A stretch of 64,000 bases of DNA from an uncultured Gemmatimonadales bacterium (GTDB taxonomy: Bacteria > Gemmatimonadota > Gemmatimonadetes > Gemmatimonadales > GWC2-71-9). Shown one piece after another: positions 18,415 to 28,493 of the stretch (position 1 is the stretch's first letter; every line of letters starts with the position of its first letter). The stretch is from contig CAWCVB010000006.1 in assembly GCA_963798915.1 (NCBI GenBank), positions 224,001 to 288,000 on the forward strand. The letters are read 5' to 3'. Position numbers and translations under genes: made by a program. The notes beneath the pieces were generated by a model, which searched no databases, had not been told where the DNA came from, and saw only the letters and a list, made by a program, of their open reading frames with translations.

Positions 18415-18880
18415 GACCGGACCGCGACTGCGCGAGCGCATCGGCAGCCACGATCGCGGCCTCAGCTGCTTCCCGGCCTTTGTTGCCGGCCGCGCCGCCG
18501 GCCCGCGCCATGGCCTGCTCCATCGAGTCCACTGTCAGGACGCCGAATCCGATCGGCAGGCCATGGCGCACCGCCACCGCGTTGAGCCCGCGCGCCGCCT
18601 CGGTCGCCACGAATTCGAAGTGTGGCGTCTCGCCGCGCACGACCGCGCCAAGCGCAACGAGGCATGCGTAGCGGCCGCTCGAAGCCAGCGAACTCGCGAC
18701 GGCGGGAAGCTCGAACGCGCCCGGCACCCAGATGACATCCACATGCGCCGCCTGCATGCCGGCATCATCGCATGCGGAGCGTGCGCCCTCCAGCAGGCGT
18801 GCCGTCACGATTTCATGATACTGGCTGACGAGGATGGCCATACGGCCAGCCGCGCGCAGGCGCCCATGGATCTCAGTCAT
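18407..18880 (-). CDS. ribH: 6,7-dimethyl-8-ribityllumazine synthase
   Basis: VPGAFELP, LGAVVRGETPHFEFV, GNKGREAA. Confidence 0.97.
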   Translation of the reverse strand: MTEIHGRLRAAGRMAILVSQYHEIVTARLLEGARSACDDAGMQAAHVDVIWVPGAFELPAVASSLASSGRYACLVALGAVVRGETPHFEFVATEAARGLNAVAVRHGLPIGFGVLTVDSMEQAMARAGGAAGNKGREAAEAAIVAADALAQSRSGRG

Positions 18881-18895
18881 GGCTTCAGGAACACG

Positions 18896-20101
18896 TCAGA
18901 AGGTGAGCAGATGGCCAAGCTTGTCTCGCTTGGCCTCGAGATAGCCACGATTCTCGATCGTCCGACTGGCGATCAGCGGCACGCGCTCGACAATTTCGAG
19001 CCCGTAGCCATCCAGTCCGACCAGCTTGCGCGGATTGTTGGTCATGATCTTGATCGAGGACAGGCCCAGATCGCGCAGGATCTGGGCGCCAATGCCGTAG
19101 TTCCGCAGGTCGGGCGCGAAGCCCAGGCGCGTGTTGGCCGTCACGGTGTCGGCGCCCGTGTCCTGCAGGGCGTAGGCACGCAGCTTGTTGAGCAATCCGA
19201 TGCCGCGGCCTTCCTGGTCCAGGTAGACAATCACGCCCTGACCCGCCTCGGCGATCTGCTGCATCGCGGCATGCAGCTGAAAACCGCAGTCGCACCGCGC
19301 CGAATGGAAGACATCGCCCGTCAGGCATTTCGAGTGCATGCGCACCAGGACATCCCGCTGGCCCGCCACCTCGCCCATGACCAGGGCCACGTGCTCCGCG
19401 CGGTCGACGTCATTGGAATAGCCCACGACGGTCCACTCGCCCGAGTCGGTCGGCAGACGCGCCTCCGCAACCCGGTGGACCAGACGCTCCGTCTGGAGGC
19501 GATGCGCCACCAATTGTGCGACGGTGACGAAGGTCAACCGGTGTTCGGCGGCGAACCGATGCAGCTCCGGCACGCGGGCCATGGTGCCATCGGGATTCAG
19601 GATCTCGCAGATGACGCCCGCCGGATACAGGCCAGCCAGGCGCGCGAGGTCCACCGCCGCCTCGGTGTGCCCGACCCGCTGGAGAACGCCGCCGGGCCGC
19701 GCCCGCAGCGGCGGGATATGCCCAGGCCGACGCAGGTCGGTGGGCTGGGTGGCCGGGTTGATCGCCACGTGGATGGTCGTGGCCCGGTCACTGGCGGAGA
19801 TACCGGTCGAGACGCCGAAGCGCCGCTCGGCGTCGATCATGACCGCGAACGCGGTGCCGTGCTCCTCGGTGTTACGGTCGACTTGCTGGGGAATGCCGAG
19901 CTCGTCGCACCGCTCCGGCGTCAAGGCAAGGCAGATGAGACCACGGCCGTGCAAGGCCATGAAATTGATGTGTTCGGGCGTGACAAGTTCTGCCGCACAG
20001 ATGAGGTCGCCCTCATTCTCGCGATCCTCGTCATCCACAACCACCACCATGCGACCGTTCCGCAGGTCGTCGATCGCCTGCTCCACCGTGCCGAATGCCA
20101 T
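18896..20101 (-). CDS. ribBA: Bifunctional DHBP synthase / GTP cyclohydrolase II
   Basis: [49 protein letters not shown]. Confidence 0.97.
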   Translation of the reverse strand: MAFGTVEQAIDDLRNGRMVVVVDDEDRENEGDLICAAELVTPEHINFMALHGRGLICLALTPERCDELGIPQQVDRNTEEHGTAFAVMIDAERRFGVSTGISASDRATTIHVAINPATQPTDLRRPGHIPPLRARPGGVLQRVGHTEAAVDLARLAGLYPAGVICEILNPDGTMARVPELHRFAAEHRLTFVTVAQLVAHRLQTERLVHRVAEARLPTDSGEWTVVGYSNDVDRAEHVALVMGEVAGQRDVLVRMHSKCLTGDVFHSARCDCGFQLHAAMQQIAEAGQGVIVYLDQEGRGIGLLNKLRAYALQDTGADTVTANTRLGFAPDLRNYGIGAQILRDLGLSSIKIMTNNPRKLVGLDGYGLEIVERVPLIASRTIENRGYLEAKRDKLGHLLTF

Positions 20102-20119
20102 GCGCTCCCTCGGAAAGTG

Positions 20120-20719
20120 TTACGTCGGGCCACCGCGCGCGGTCAGGAGCGCATGCACATAGCGGCCAATGAGGTCTGCTTCCAAGTGCACCGCATCACC
20201 CGCACGGAGTCCGGCCAGCGTCGTATGCTGTAAGGTAAACGGGACGCACACGAGCCGGGCACGGTTGTGGCCTGGCATTGCGTTCACAGTCAGGCTGACC
20301 CCGTCCACCGTCAGCGAACCGCGCACGACCGAGATGGCGGCGACATCGTCGGGAAGAACGAGTTGGAGAATCCTCTCGTCCCCCTGCGTTTCGACACTGT
20401 CCACGCGTCCGACTCCGTCCACGTGCCCCTGAACCAGGTGTCCGCCGATCCGGTCGCCGATGCGAAGCGCCCGCTCGAGATTGACTCTGGTGCCGGCTTG
20501 GTAGCTCCCAATCCGTGTTCGCGCCAGCGTCGCCGGTACGGCATGCGCCTGAAACGCGTCCTCGCTGACCTGCTCCACCGTGAGGCACGCCCCGTTCACC
20601 GCGACCGACTCGCCCGCATCGAGCGCACCATACGGATGCGCAATCACCAGTACCCTGCCCCCGTCGCGATCGGTCGCCGTGATGACCGTCCCAATCGCAG
20701 TGACCAGGCCGCTGAACAT
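20120..20719 (-). CDS. ribE: Riboflavin synthase (alpha chain)
   Basis: [34 protein letters not shown]. Confidence 0.96.
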   Translation of the reverse strand: MFSGLVTAIGTVITATDRDGGRVLVIAHPYGALDAGESVAVNGACLTVEQVSEDAFQAHAVPATLARTRIGSYQAGTRVNLERALRIGDRIGGHLVQGHVDGVGRVDSVETQGDERILQLVLPDDVAAISVVRGSLTVDGVSLTVNAMPGHNRARLVCVPFTLQHTTLAGLRAGDAVHLEADLIGRYVHALLTARGGPT

Positions 20720-21795
20720 CAGGCCCGATCCAGCACGACAAGCGTGTCCTGGCCAAGGGCGCGTCGCTCGACCACCGTCCATCGCGCCACCTCGTGAAGC
20801 GGGGGGTCAGCGAGACCCGGAAACGCCGGGCGGCCCAGCTCGCCGAGCCAGAGCGGGGTCAGCACGTGATAGAACCGGTCCACCGTCCCGGCGGCCATGA
20901 GCGCCGCGGCCAGCCTGCCACCCCCTTCGACCAGGAGCCGCTCGATTCCGAGCAGCCGTAGACGGTGCAGACCATCGGGCAGGTCATCCATCGGCAGGAC
21001 CTCGACCCCCTCAGACCGGAGCGTGTCTGCAGCGCTGGACAGGGCGCGATCGCCTGCAGTGAGCACGATAGTCCGGAATTCGTCGGCCGTTGTCGCCACG
21101 CGAGAAGCGGGACTGGTGCTCAGCGCGCCATCGATGATGATGCGGACTGGGGTCTGACGTGGCTGCACTGCGCCGCGAACGGTGAGGGATGGGTCATCCA
21201 GCGCGACCGTGCCAGCGCCGACGGCGAGACCATCGAAGCCCGCCCTGAGCCAGTGCACCCACTCGCGCGCCTCGGGACCGGAGATCCACTGCGAGCGACC
21301 CTCATGATCGGCGATGCGACTGTCGACCGACGTCGCGAGCTTCAGGGCCACCCACGGGCGCTCACCGTTACGGAACCGATGCAGGAAAGCCGCGTTCTGC
21401 GCAGCAGCCAAGTCGGAAGCGACGCCTCGCTCGACCTGCAGTCCCGCCGCTGCCAGCAGGTCCATTCCGCCACCCGCCTCCGGATTCGGGTCGTCGAGCG
21501 CCGAAACCACCCGCGCCACGCCGGCCTCGAGGATGGCATCGGTACAGGCTGGCTGCTTTCCGGCATGACGGCACGGCTCCAGCGAGACGACCAGGGTGCC
21601 GCCGTGCGCCGCTGCGCCCGCCCGATCCAAGGCCATGCGTTCTGCATGGACGTCCCCGAACTCGGCGTGCCAACCCTCGCCTACGACTTCTCCCTGGTTC
21701 AGGACCACCGCGCCGACCAGCGGATTGGGATGCACACGCCCCCAGCCTCGCCAGGCGAGGCTGAGGGCGGACTCCATGGCCAGCTGTTCATCCAT
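20719..21795 (-). CDS. ribD: Riboflavin biosynthesis deaminase/reductase
   Basis: PNPLVGAV, HAE, LEPC...PAC, DDPSLTVR, LLVEGGG. Confidence 0.96.
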   Translation of the reverse strand: MDEQLAMESALSLAWRGWGRVHPNPLVGAVVLNQGEVVGEGWHAEFGDVHAERMALDRAGAAAHGGTLVVSLEPCRHAGKQPACTDAILEAGVARVVSALDDPNPEAGGGMDLLAAAGLQVERGVASDLAAAQNAAFLHRFRNGERPWVALKLATSVDSRIADHEGRSQWISGPEAREWVHWLRAGFDGLAVGAGTVALDDPSLTVRGAVQPRQTPVRIIIDGALSTSPASRVATTADEFRTIVLTAGDRALSSAADTLRSEGVEVLPMDDLPDGLHRLRLLGIERLLVEGGGRLAAALMAAGTVDRFYHVLTPLWLGELGRPAFPGLADPPLHEVARWTVVERRALGQDTLVVLDRA

Positions 21796-21920
21796 GTGCG
21801 GTGCCAGAGGTGAGACTGATGCCGTTGCCGCCGGCCCCTGACGCGCGTCGTGCGGACAGCAAATGGCAACAGGCCGGAGCCCGGGTTGTTACGGCAGAAG
21901 GAGGTGGCATCGATCAGTCG

Positions 21921-22952
21921 TCACTCGCGGAACCGCACCGACGGCGCACCGGGTTCGATGTCGCCCATCACCCAGGCATGGACCCCGGCTCGCTCCGCTG
22001 CGCTGCGGGCACGATCCACTGCCGCCTGCGGCAACACCGCCACCATCCCGACGCCAAGATTGAACACCTCGCGCATTTCCTCGGTGCTGATGCTGCCGGC
22101 CCGTTCGATGAAGGAGAACAGCGGCGGCAGGTTCCAGGTTCTCGGGTCAATGATGGCGGCGGCACCATCGGGCAGGATCCGCACCAGATTACCGGCGAGT
22201 CCACCACCGGTGATGTGGGCCAGCCCATGCACGTCCTCCAGCACCGGCTGAATCGAGGTCCAGTAACTGCGATGCACCGCGAGCAACGCGTCGCGCACCG
22301 TGACGCCGGCACCCGGCAGCTCGGCGTCCAGCGCGAGTCCGGATTCATCAAACAGCACCCGTCGCGCGAGCGTGTACCCGTTGGTGTGCAGTCCGGTCGA
22401 GGCATAGCCGAGCAGCACGTCGCCCGGTACGATCCGGTCGCCGTGCAAGGCTTGCTCTTCTTCGACCAGACCAATGATGGTACCGGCCAGGTCAAAATGA
22501 CCTGGCTGGTACAGCCCCGGCATCTGCGCGGTCTCGCCGCCAGCGAGTGCCATGCCGTGCTGACGGCATCCGCGTGCGACACCTTCGACGATGCCGGCGA
22601 CTACATCGTCCCTGAGTCCGGCCCCGGCGACATAGTCCATGAAGGCGACCGGGCGTGCGCCGTGCACCAGGATGTCATTCACGCTGTGGTTGACGAGGTC
22701 CTCGCCCACCGTGTCGTACGACTCCGCCTCCAGCGCCACCAGGACCTTGGTGCCGACGCCGTCGGTGCTCATCACCATCACCGGCCGGCGCATGCCCTCC
22801 GGCACGCGCACCATCCCCCCAAACGCCCCCACGGCGCCAAGGGAAAGACTGGTGCGCGTCGTGGCGACCGCCCGACCAATCCGCGCCTTGGCGCGTTCCG
22901 CGCCTGCGAGGTCGACACCCGCCTCGGCGTAGCGCCGGCGGCCACCACTCAC
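21921..22952 (-). CDS. purM: Phosphoribosylformylglycinamidine cyclo-ligase (AIR synthetase)
   Basis: YAEAGVD, TDGVGTK, GGETAQMPG, GLHTNGY, HITGGG, FNLGVG. Confidence 0.97.
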   Translation of the reverse strand: MSGGRRRYAEAGVDLAGAERAKARIGRAVATTRTSLSLGAVGAFGGMVRVPEGMRRPVMVMSTDGVGTKVLVALEAESYDTVGEDLVNHSVNDILVHGARPVAFMDYVAGAGLRDDVVAGIVEGVARGCRQHGMALAGGETAQMPGLYQPGHFDLAGTIIGLVEEEQALHGDRIVPGDVLLGYASTGLHTNGYTLARRVLFDESGLALDAELPGAGVTVRDALLAVHRSYWTSIQPVLEDVHGLAHITGGGLAGNLVRILPDGAAAIIDPRTWNLPPLFSFIERAGSISTEEMREVFNLGVGMVAVLPQAAVDRARSAAERAGVHAWVMGDIEPGAPSVRFRE

Positions 22953-23869
22953 GGCGTCTCCTCCGGCAGGTCGACATGCGTCATGGCGCGGAAGGCGCGA
23001 GCCCGCGCCTCCACGTCAGCCACCGTAAGGCCGTCGAATCCGCGAATGCCGAACTGCGACACGGCGTACGATCCCATGGCCGCGCCGTAGATCATGGCGC
23101 GGCGAAGATTGTCGTCCGAGACGACGCCGTTGCGCGCGAGATACGCCATGAAGCCACCGGCGAAGGAGTCACCGGCCCCGGTGGGATCGAAGACCTCCTC
23201 GAGCGGAAAGGCTGGCGCATAGAACGTGCGATGCTCGTCCATGAGGAGTGCGCCATATTCGCCCTGCTTGATGACAACTCGCCGAGGGCCCTGCGCAAGA
23301 ATCCATCGCCCGGCGCGATGGATGTTCCAGTCGCCCGACAGTTCGCGCGCCTCGCCGTCGTTGACCATGAGCAGGTCCACCTTCTTCAGCAGCTTCATCA
23401 GCACCGGCTTCTTGCTCTGGATCCAGTAATTCATGGTATCGCAGGCCACGAGCTCGGGCTGGTTTATCTGATCCAGCACGCCCAGCTGCAGCTCGGGGTC
23501 GATATTGCCGAGAAACACGAACCGGGCGTCGCGGGAAGATTCGGGAAGTTTGGGCTGGAAGTGTGCAAAGACGCCGAGCCTGGTTTCCAGGGTTTCCCGG
23601 CTCTGCAGGTCGTACGAGTACTTGCCTTTCCATCGAAAGCTTTCGCCCTTGGCGCGTTCGACCCCGGCCCAGTCGATCCCGCGCGGCGCCAGGCGCTCGA
23701 GTTCCCCTATGGGGTAGTCGTCACCGACGACCCCGACCACCTGCACCGGGTGGAGCAGTGCCCCGGCGACGCTGAAGTAGACGGCGGAACCGCCCAGCGC
23801 GTCCGCGGTTTCGCCGAACGGGGTGTAGACGGAATCGAGGGCGACACTGCCAACGACGAGCAGGCTCAT
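22949..23869 (-). CDS. PfkB/ribokinase family kinase
   Basis: GGSAVYFS, NDGEA, DPTGAGDSFAGG signature. Confidence 0.92.
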   Translation of the reverse strand: MSLLVVGSVALDSVYTPFGETADALGGSAVYFSVAGALLHPVQVVGVVGDDYPIGELERLAPRGIDWAGVERAKGESFRWKGKYSYDLQSRETLETRLGVFAHFQPKLPESSRDARFVFLGNIDPELQLGVLDQINQPELVACDTMNYWIQSKKPVLMKLLKKVDLLMVNDGEARELSGDWNIHRAGRWILAQGPRRVVIKQGEYGALLMDEHRTFYAPAFPLEEVFDPTGAGDSFAGGFMAYLARNGVVSDDNLRRAMIYGAAMGSYAVSQFGIRGFDGLTVADVEARARAFRAMTHVDLPEETP

Positions 23870-23873
23870 CACG

Positions 23874-25511
23874 TCACATCCGGTCGGGGGCGGAGAGTCC
23901 GAGGAGGGCGAGTCCGTTGGCGAGAACCACCCGGGCCGAGCGGGCGAGCAACAGGCGGTTCCGCTCGATCGCAGCGGGTTCGCCGACGGTGCGGGTATGA
24001 TGGTACCAGCCATGCACCACAGTGGCCAGCTCTTCCAGAAAGACGCAGATCCGGTGCGGCTCTGACTCCGCGGCAGCCCGCTCCACCAGTTCCGGGAAGG
24101 CGGCAAGCTTCTTGAGCAGGTCCATGTCCTGTGGCGCCGGCAAGTGCGCCACCTCGAGGGCGCCGCTCACCTCAGCGGGCTCGAGCTCAGCCGTGCGGAA
24201 GATGCCCGAGAGCCGGGCGTGCGCCATCTGGACATAGAAGACCGGATTCTCGTCGGTCTGCTTCCGCGCCAGCTCGACATCGAAAATCAGTGGCGTATCG
24301 CCCTTGCGCATGAGGAAAAAGTAGCGGGCCGCATCGGGCCCGACCTCATCGAGCAGCTCCCGGAGCGTGATGAACGTACCGGCACGCTTCGACATTTTTA
24401 CTTCCTCGCCGCCACGCACCACCTTGACCAGCTGCACCACCGCCACGTGAAAATGCTCATCCGGGTGACCAAGCGCCCGAAGGGCGGCCCGGACGCGTGG
24501 GATGTAGCCGTGATGGTCCGCCCCCCACACGTCGATCAACCGGTCAAACCCGCGCGAGAACTTGTCGGCATGATAGGCGATGTCCGGCAGGAAGTAGGTG
24601 TAGGACCCATCCTGCTTCCGGAGCACGCGATCCTGATCGTCGCCAAAGTCGCTGGTGCGAAACCAGAGGGCGCCATCCTTCTCGAATGTGAGTCCGCGCG
24701 CCTCGAGGTCCGCCAGCGCAGCGGCCACCTCGCCCCGGTCGTAAATCGCCTGCTCAGAACTGACCACGTCGAAACGGACCCCGAAGTCGGCGAGATCGCG
24801 GTCCTGTTCCTCACGCTGCATGGCGACCGCAAGCTGGCGGCAACGGGCTATCCCCTCGGTCGCGGGCAGCTCGGCGAATGCGGCGCCCTCCCGTGACAGG
24901 ATCTGCGCAGCGGCCTCGGCGAGGTACTCGCCGTGGTAACCGCCCTCGGGAATGGCAACGTCGCGCCCAGCTGCCATCTGTATCCGCGCCCACAGACTTT
25001 CAGCCAGCCGGTCAATCTGGACCCCGGCATCGTTCACGTAGAACTCGCGCACAACCGAGGCGCCGGCCCACTCCAGCAGCGAGGCAATGCCATCGCCCAG
25101 GGCGGCGCCACGGCCATGTCCAACGTGGAGCGGACCGGTTGGATTGGCAGACACGAACTCCACGTTCACGCGCCGGCCCGCATACGACGACCCTCGGCCA
25201 TAGCCGGGTCCGTCCGCGAGCATGCGGGCATGTTCCGCCACCAGATGGACGTCACTGAGCCAGAAATTGACGAAGCCCGGTCCGGCAATCTCGGTGCGCG
25301 CCACGAGGCCGGGCGGCAGCTCCAGCACGTCGATCAGTTCCTGAGCCACGCCGCGTGGATTGACTCGTCGCTCGCGAGCGACAACCATGGCGAGATTGGT
25401 CGCAAAGTCGCCATGGCCAGCATCGCGCGGGCGCTCGAGAACAAAGTCCGCGTGCGGAGCACCCAGGCGCGCTGCGGCGGACCGCAGTGCCGCCCTGAGG
25501 ACGTCCGTCAC
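23874..25511 (-). CDS. argS: Arginine--tRNA ligase
   Basis: EFVSANPTGPLHVGHGR, WGADHHGY, KMSKRAG, NPVFYVQMAHAR, terminal PDRM. Confidence 0.98.
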   Translation of the reverse strand: MTDVLRAALRSAAARLGAPHADFVLERPRDAGHGDFATNLAMVVARERRVNPRGVAQELIDVLELPPGLVARTEIAGPGFVNFWLSDVHLVAEHARMLADGPGYGRGSSYAGRRVNVEFVSANPTGPLHVGHGRGAALGDGIASLLEWAGASVVREFYVNDAGVQIDRLAESLWARIQMAAGRDVAIPEGGYHGEYLAEAAAQILSREGAAFAELPATEGIARCRQLAVAMQREEQDRDLADFGVRFDVVSSEQAIYDRGEVAAALADLEARGLTFEKDGALWFRTSDFGDDQDRVLRKQDGSYTYFLPDIAYHADKFSRGFDRLIDVWGADHHGYIPRVRAALRALGHPDEHFHVAVVQLVKVVRGGEEVKMSKRAGTFITLRELLDEVGPDAARYFFLMRKGDTPLIFDVELARKQTDENPVFYVQMAHARLSGIFRTAELEPAEVSGALEVAHLPAPQDMDLLKKLAAFPELVERAAAESEPHRICVFLEELATVVHGWYHHTRTVGEPAAIERNRLLLARSARVVLANGLALLGLSAPDRM

Positions 25512-25825
25512 TCCTTCGACTTTCCGCTGGAATCCTTGGCAGGCGCAGCTGAGGGGGCAGGTGTCTTGGCGGCCGGCGCCTTCTCCGCGGGCTTGGCGGG
25601 CTCCGCACCGCCCGATTCAGCTGGCGCCTTGGCCGGCCCCTTGCCGTCCTTGCCATAGTCGGTGATGTAGAAGCCGGTGCCCTTGAATACCAGCCCCGCC
25701 CCGCCGGAAATCTGGCGGCGGGCAGGTGCGCCGCATTCGGGGCATCGGGTGACCGGTCGTTCGCTGATCTTCTGGCGCCTCTCAAAGAAGTGGCCATTGG
25801 AGCAGCGATATTCGTACGTGGGCAT
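25508..25825 (-). CDS. FmdB-family zinc-ribbon protein
   Basis: MPTYEYRC...GHFFE...CPECG...FKGTGFYITDY plus low-complexity A/P/K tail. Confidence 0.92.
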   Translation of the reverse strand: MPTYEYRCSNGHFFERRQKISERPVTRCPECGAPARRQISGGAGLVFKGTGFYITDYGKDGKGPAKAPAESGGAEPAKPAEKAPAAKTPAPSAAPAKDSSGKSKE

Positions 25826-25911
25826 GCTTCCCCTTTTTTACATCAGTCCGGATTGGGAACAGCCGGGAAATTTAGCCGCCGCGGGGAGCGCGCTCAAGCA
25901 GCGCAGCCCGC

Positions 25912-27450
25912 TCAGGAGGGCCGGTACTCGCCCCAGACGGAACGCAGCACGTCGCTGATCTCACCAATGGTGGCGCGGGACTTGACTGCGCCAAGGATCT
26001 GCGGCATGAGCGCCGCGTCGGGCTCCTGGGCGGCCGCCTGCAACGCCGACAGCGCGCGGCTGACTGCCGTCCCGTCACGCGACGACCGGACCTGTTGCAA
26101 CCGTGCGACCTGCTGGCGGGCCAATTCAGAGTAATCGGGCGCCTGTGGAGTCGGCGCGGCGGAGTCGTCACTGAAGCGATTGACCCCCACGACCACCTGC
26201 TCGCCCCGCTCCTGGCGTTGCTGCTGCCGCCACGCACTCTCGGCGATCGCCTTCTGGAAGTATCCCCGCTCCACCGCTGCGGCGGCCCCACCCAGGGCAT
26301 CGACCTCGATGATCAGCCGTCGTGCACCCGCCTCGAGTTCGTCCGTCATGTGCTCCACGAAATAGCTGCCCGCGAGCGGATCCACCGTTTGCCCGGTGCC
26401 ACTTTCGTAGCCCAGGATCTGCTGGGTACGCAGTGCCAGCGTGGCGGAGGCCTCGCTCGGGAGCGAAAGCGCCTCATCGTAGCCATTGGTATGCAGTGAC
26501 TGGGTGCCGCCCAGAATGGCAGCGAGGGCCTGCACGGCCACCCGCACCACGTTGTTCAATGGCTGCTGGGCCTGCAGCGTGACGCCGCCGGTCTGGGTAT
26601 GGAACCGGAGCCGGCACGCGGCGTCCCCAGCTCCAAAGCGTTCGCGCAGGAGCCGAGCCCAGAGTCGTCGAGCGGCGCGGAATTTGGCCGCCTCCTCGAA
26701 CAGATCATTATGGCTCGCAAAGAAGAAGGAAAGCCGGGGCCCGAACGTATCGATGTCGAGGCCCGCTTTGCGCGCGACGCCGACATACTCCAGCCCATTG
26801 GCCAGGGTAAATCCGATTTCCTCCACCGCGGTCGCACCCGCCTCGCGCATGTGATAGCCGCTGATCGAGATGGGATTGAAATTCATTGCTTCCTGGCTGA
26901 CGTAGCGGAACACGTCGGCGATCAGGCGAAGCGACGGACCTGCGGGATAGATATACGTGCCCCGGGCGATGTACTCCTTCAGGATATCGTTCTGGATGGT
27001 GCCTGAGAGCCGGTCGCGCGAGACCCCCTGCTCCTCCCCGACGACGATGTACATGGCGAGCAATACGGCCGCCGTGGCGTTGATCGTCATGGAGGTGGAC
27101 ACCTGGTCCAGCGCGATTCCGCGAAAAAGGTCCGCCAGGTCGTCAACCGTATCGATCGCAACGCCAACCCGACCCACCTCGCCCGCGGCCATGGCGTGGT
27201 CGGAGTCATATCCCATCTGGGTCGGGAGGTCGAAGGCGGTCGAGAGCCCGGTCTGGCCGCTGGCGAGCAGGCTTCGGAAACGCGCGTTGGTTTCCTCCGC
27301 CGTGCCGAAGCCGGCATACTGCCGCATGGTCCAGAGCCGGTCGGTGTACATGCCCGGATAAATGCCGCGGGTAAACGGAAACGCTCCCGGGGCGCCAAGT
27401 TCCTCCGCCGAATCGCCGCGCCAGTCGTCCGGCCCGAAGACCTTCTTCAC
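25912..27450 (-). CDS. Methylmalonyl-CoA mutase family, substrate-binding subunit (no B12-binding domain)
   Basis: [50 protein letters not shown]; no DxHxxG domain. Confidence 0.93.
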   Translation of the reverse strand: MKKVFGPDDWRGDSAEELGAPGAFPFTRGIYPGMYTDRLWTMRQYAGFGTAEETNARFRSLLASGQTGLSTAFDLPTQMGYDSDHAMAAGEVGRVGVAIDTVDDLADLFRGIALDQVSTSMTINATAAVLLAMYIVVGEEQGVSRDRLSGTIQNDILKEYIARGTYIYPAGPSLRLIADVFRYVSQEAMNFNPISISGYHMREAGATAVEEIGFTLANGLEYVGVARKAGLDIDTFGPRLSFFFASHNDLFEEAAKFRAARRLWARLLRERFGAGDAACRLRFHTQTGGVTLQAQQPLNNVVRVAVQALAAILGGTQSLHTNGYDEALSLPSEASATLALRTQQILGYESGTGQTVDPLAGSYFVEHMTDELEAGARRLIIEVDALGGAAAAVERGYFQKAIAESAWRQQQRQERGEQVVVGVNRFSDDSAAPTPQAPDYSELARQQVARLQQVRSSRDGTAVSRALSALQAAAQEPDAALMPQILGAVKSRATIGEISDVLRSVWGEYRPS

Positions 27451-28493
27451 AGCACCGGTGCGGCCAGCGGCCCAGCCGGCCGCGGCTCGATCCTGAGCCG
27501 GCGCAGCGTGTCCGCCACGTACCCCACGTCTTCACGCGAGCCGATCACAAGCGGGATCCGCTGGTGGAGTGCCGTCGGCACAACGTCGAGGATGCGGTTG
27601 AGGCCATCGGTGGCCGAACCCTGGGCCTGCTCCGCGATGTACGCCATCGGTGCGGCTTCGTAGAGCAGGCGCAGCTTTCCCCTCGGGTTCTTCGTGTCGG
27701 CAGGATAGAGGAAGATGCCGCCCGCGATGAGGTTCCGATGGAAGTCCGCCACCAGCGAGCCGATGTAGCGCGAGTTCTTGCCGCGAATCTCCTCGGGGCG
27801 GTCCCCGTGAAAGCCTCGCACCACGTACTGCATGGCGCGGTCCCAGCGCGCGAAATTGCTCTCGTTGACGCTGTAGTAGGTTCCCACCCGTGGAATGACG
27901 ATGCGCGGATGGCTGAGCAGGAATTCACCCACCGTCGGATCCAGGGTGAAGCCGTGCACCCCCTGGCCCGTGGTATAGACCATCATCGTGCTCGAACCGT
28001 ACATGACATAGCCGGCCGCCACCTGGTGGCACCCGGCCTGGAGAATGTCTTCCACCGTCCCGCGACCCTCCATCGAGCGCCGGCGATAGACGCTGAAGAT
28101 CGTCCCGACGGCGCCGTTCACGTCAATATTCGACGACCCGTCCAGCGGATCGAACATCACCGCGTACTTGCCCGCTTCGAACTGGGGCGGCACCTGGATG
28201 ATGTCGCCTTCTTCCTCCGAGCACATGACGCAGACCCGCCCCGTATGACTCAGGCAGTTCTTGATGATCTCGTTGGCCAGGACGTCGAGCTTCTGCTGGT
28301 CCTCGCCCTGAACATTGCCGCTCCCGGCCGCGCCCAGGATGTCCACCAGACCGGCGCGGCGAATGGCCGCCGCGATCATCTTGGCGGCCAGCGCAATGTC
28401 GTACAGGAGGTTCGACAGCTCTCCGGTCGCTTCGGGATAGCGATCTTCCTGATCGAGAATGAACCGCTCGATGGTTGTCGCGCTGGTGATCAC
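27447..28493 (-). CDS. fbp: Fructose-1,6-bisphosphatase class 1
   Basis: [43 protein letters not shown]. Confidence 0.97.
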   Translation of the reverse strand: MITSATTIERFILDQEDRYPEATGELSNLLYDIALAAKMIAAAIRRAGLVDILGAAGSGNVQGEDQQKLDVLANEIIKNCLSHTGRVCVMCSEEEGDIIQVPPQFEAGKYAVMFDPLDGSSNIDVNGAVGTIFSVYRRRSMEGRGTVEDILQAGCHQVAAGYVMYGSSTMMVYTTGQGVHGFTLDPTVGEFLLSHPRIVIPRVGTYYSVNESNFARWDRAMQYVVRGFHGDRPEEIRGKNSRYIGSLVADFHRNLIAGGIFLYPADTKNPRGKLRLLYEAAPMAYIAEQAQGSATDGLNRILDVVPTALHQRIPLVIGSREDVGYVADTLRRLRIEPRPAGPLAAPVL

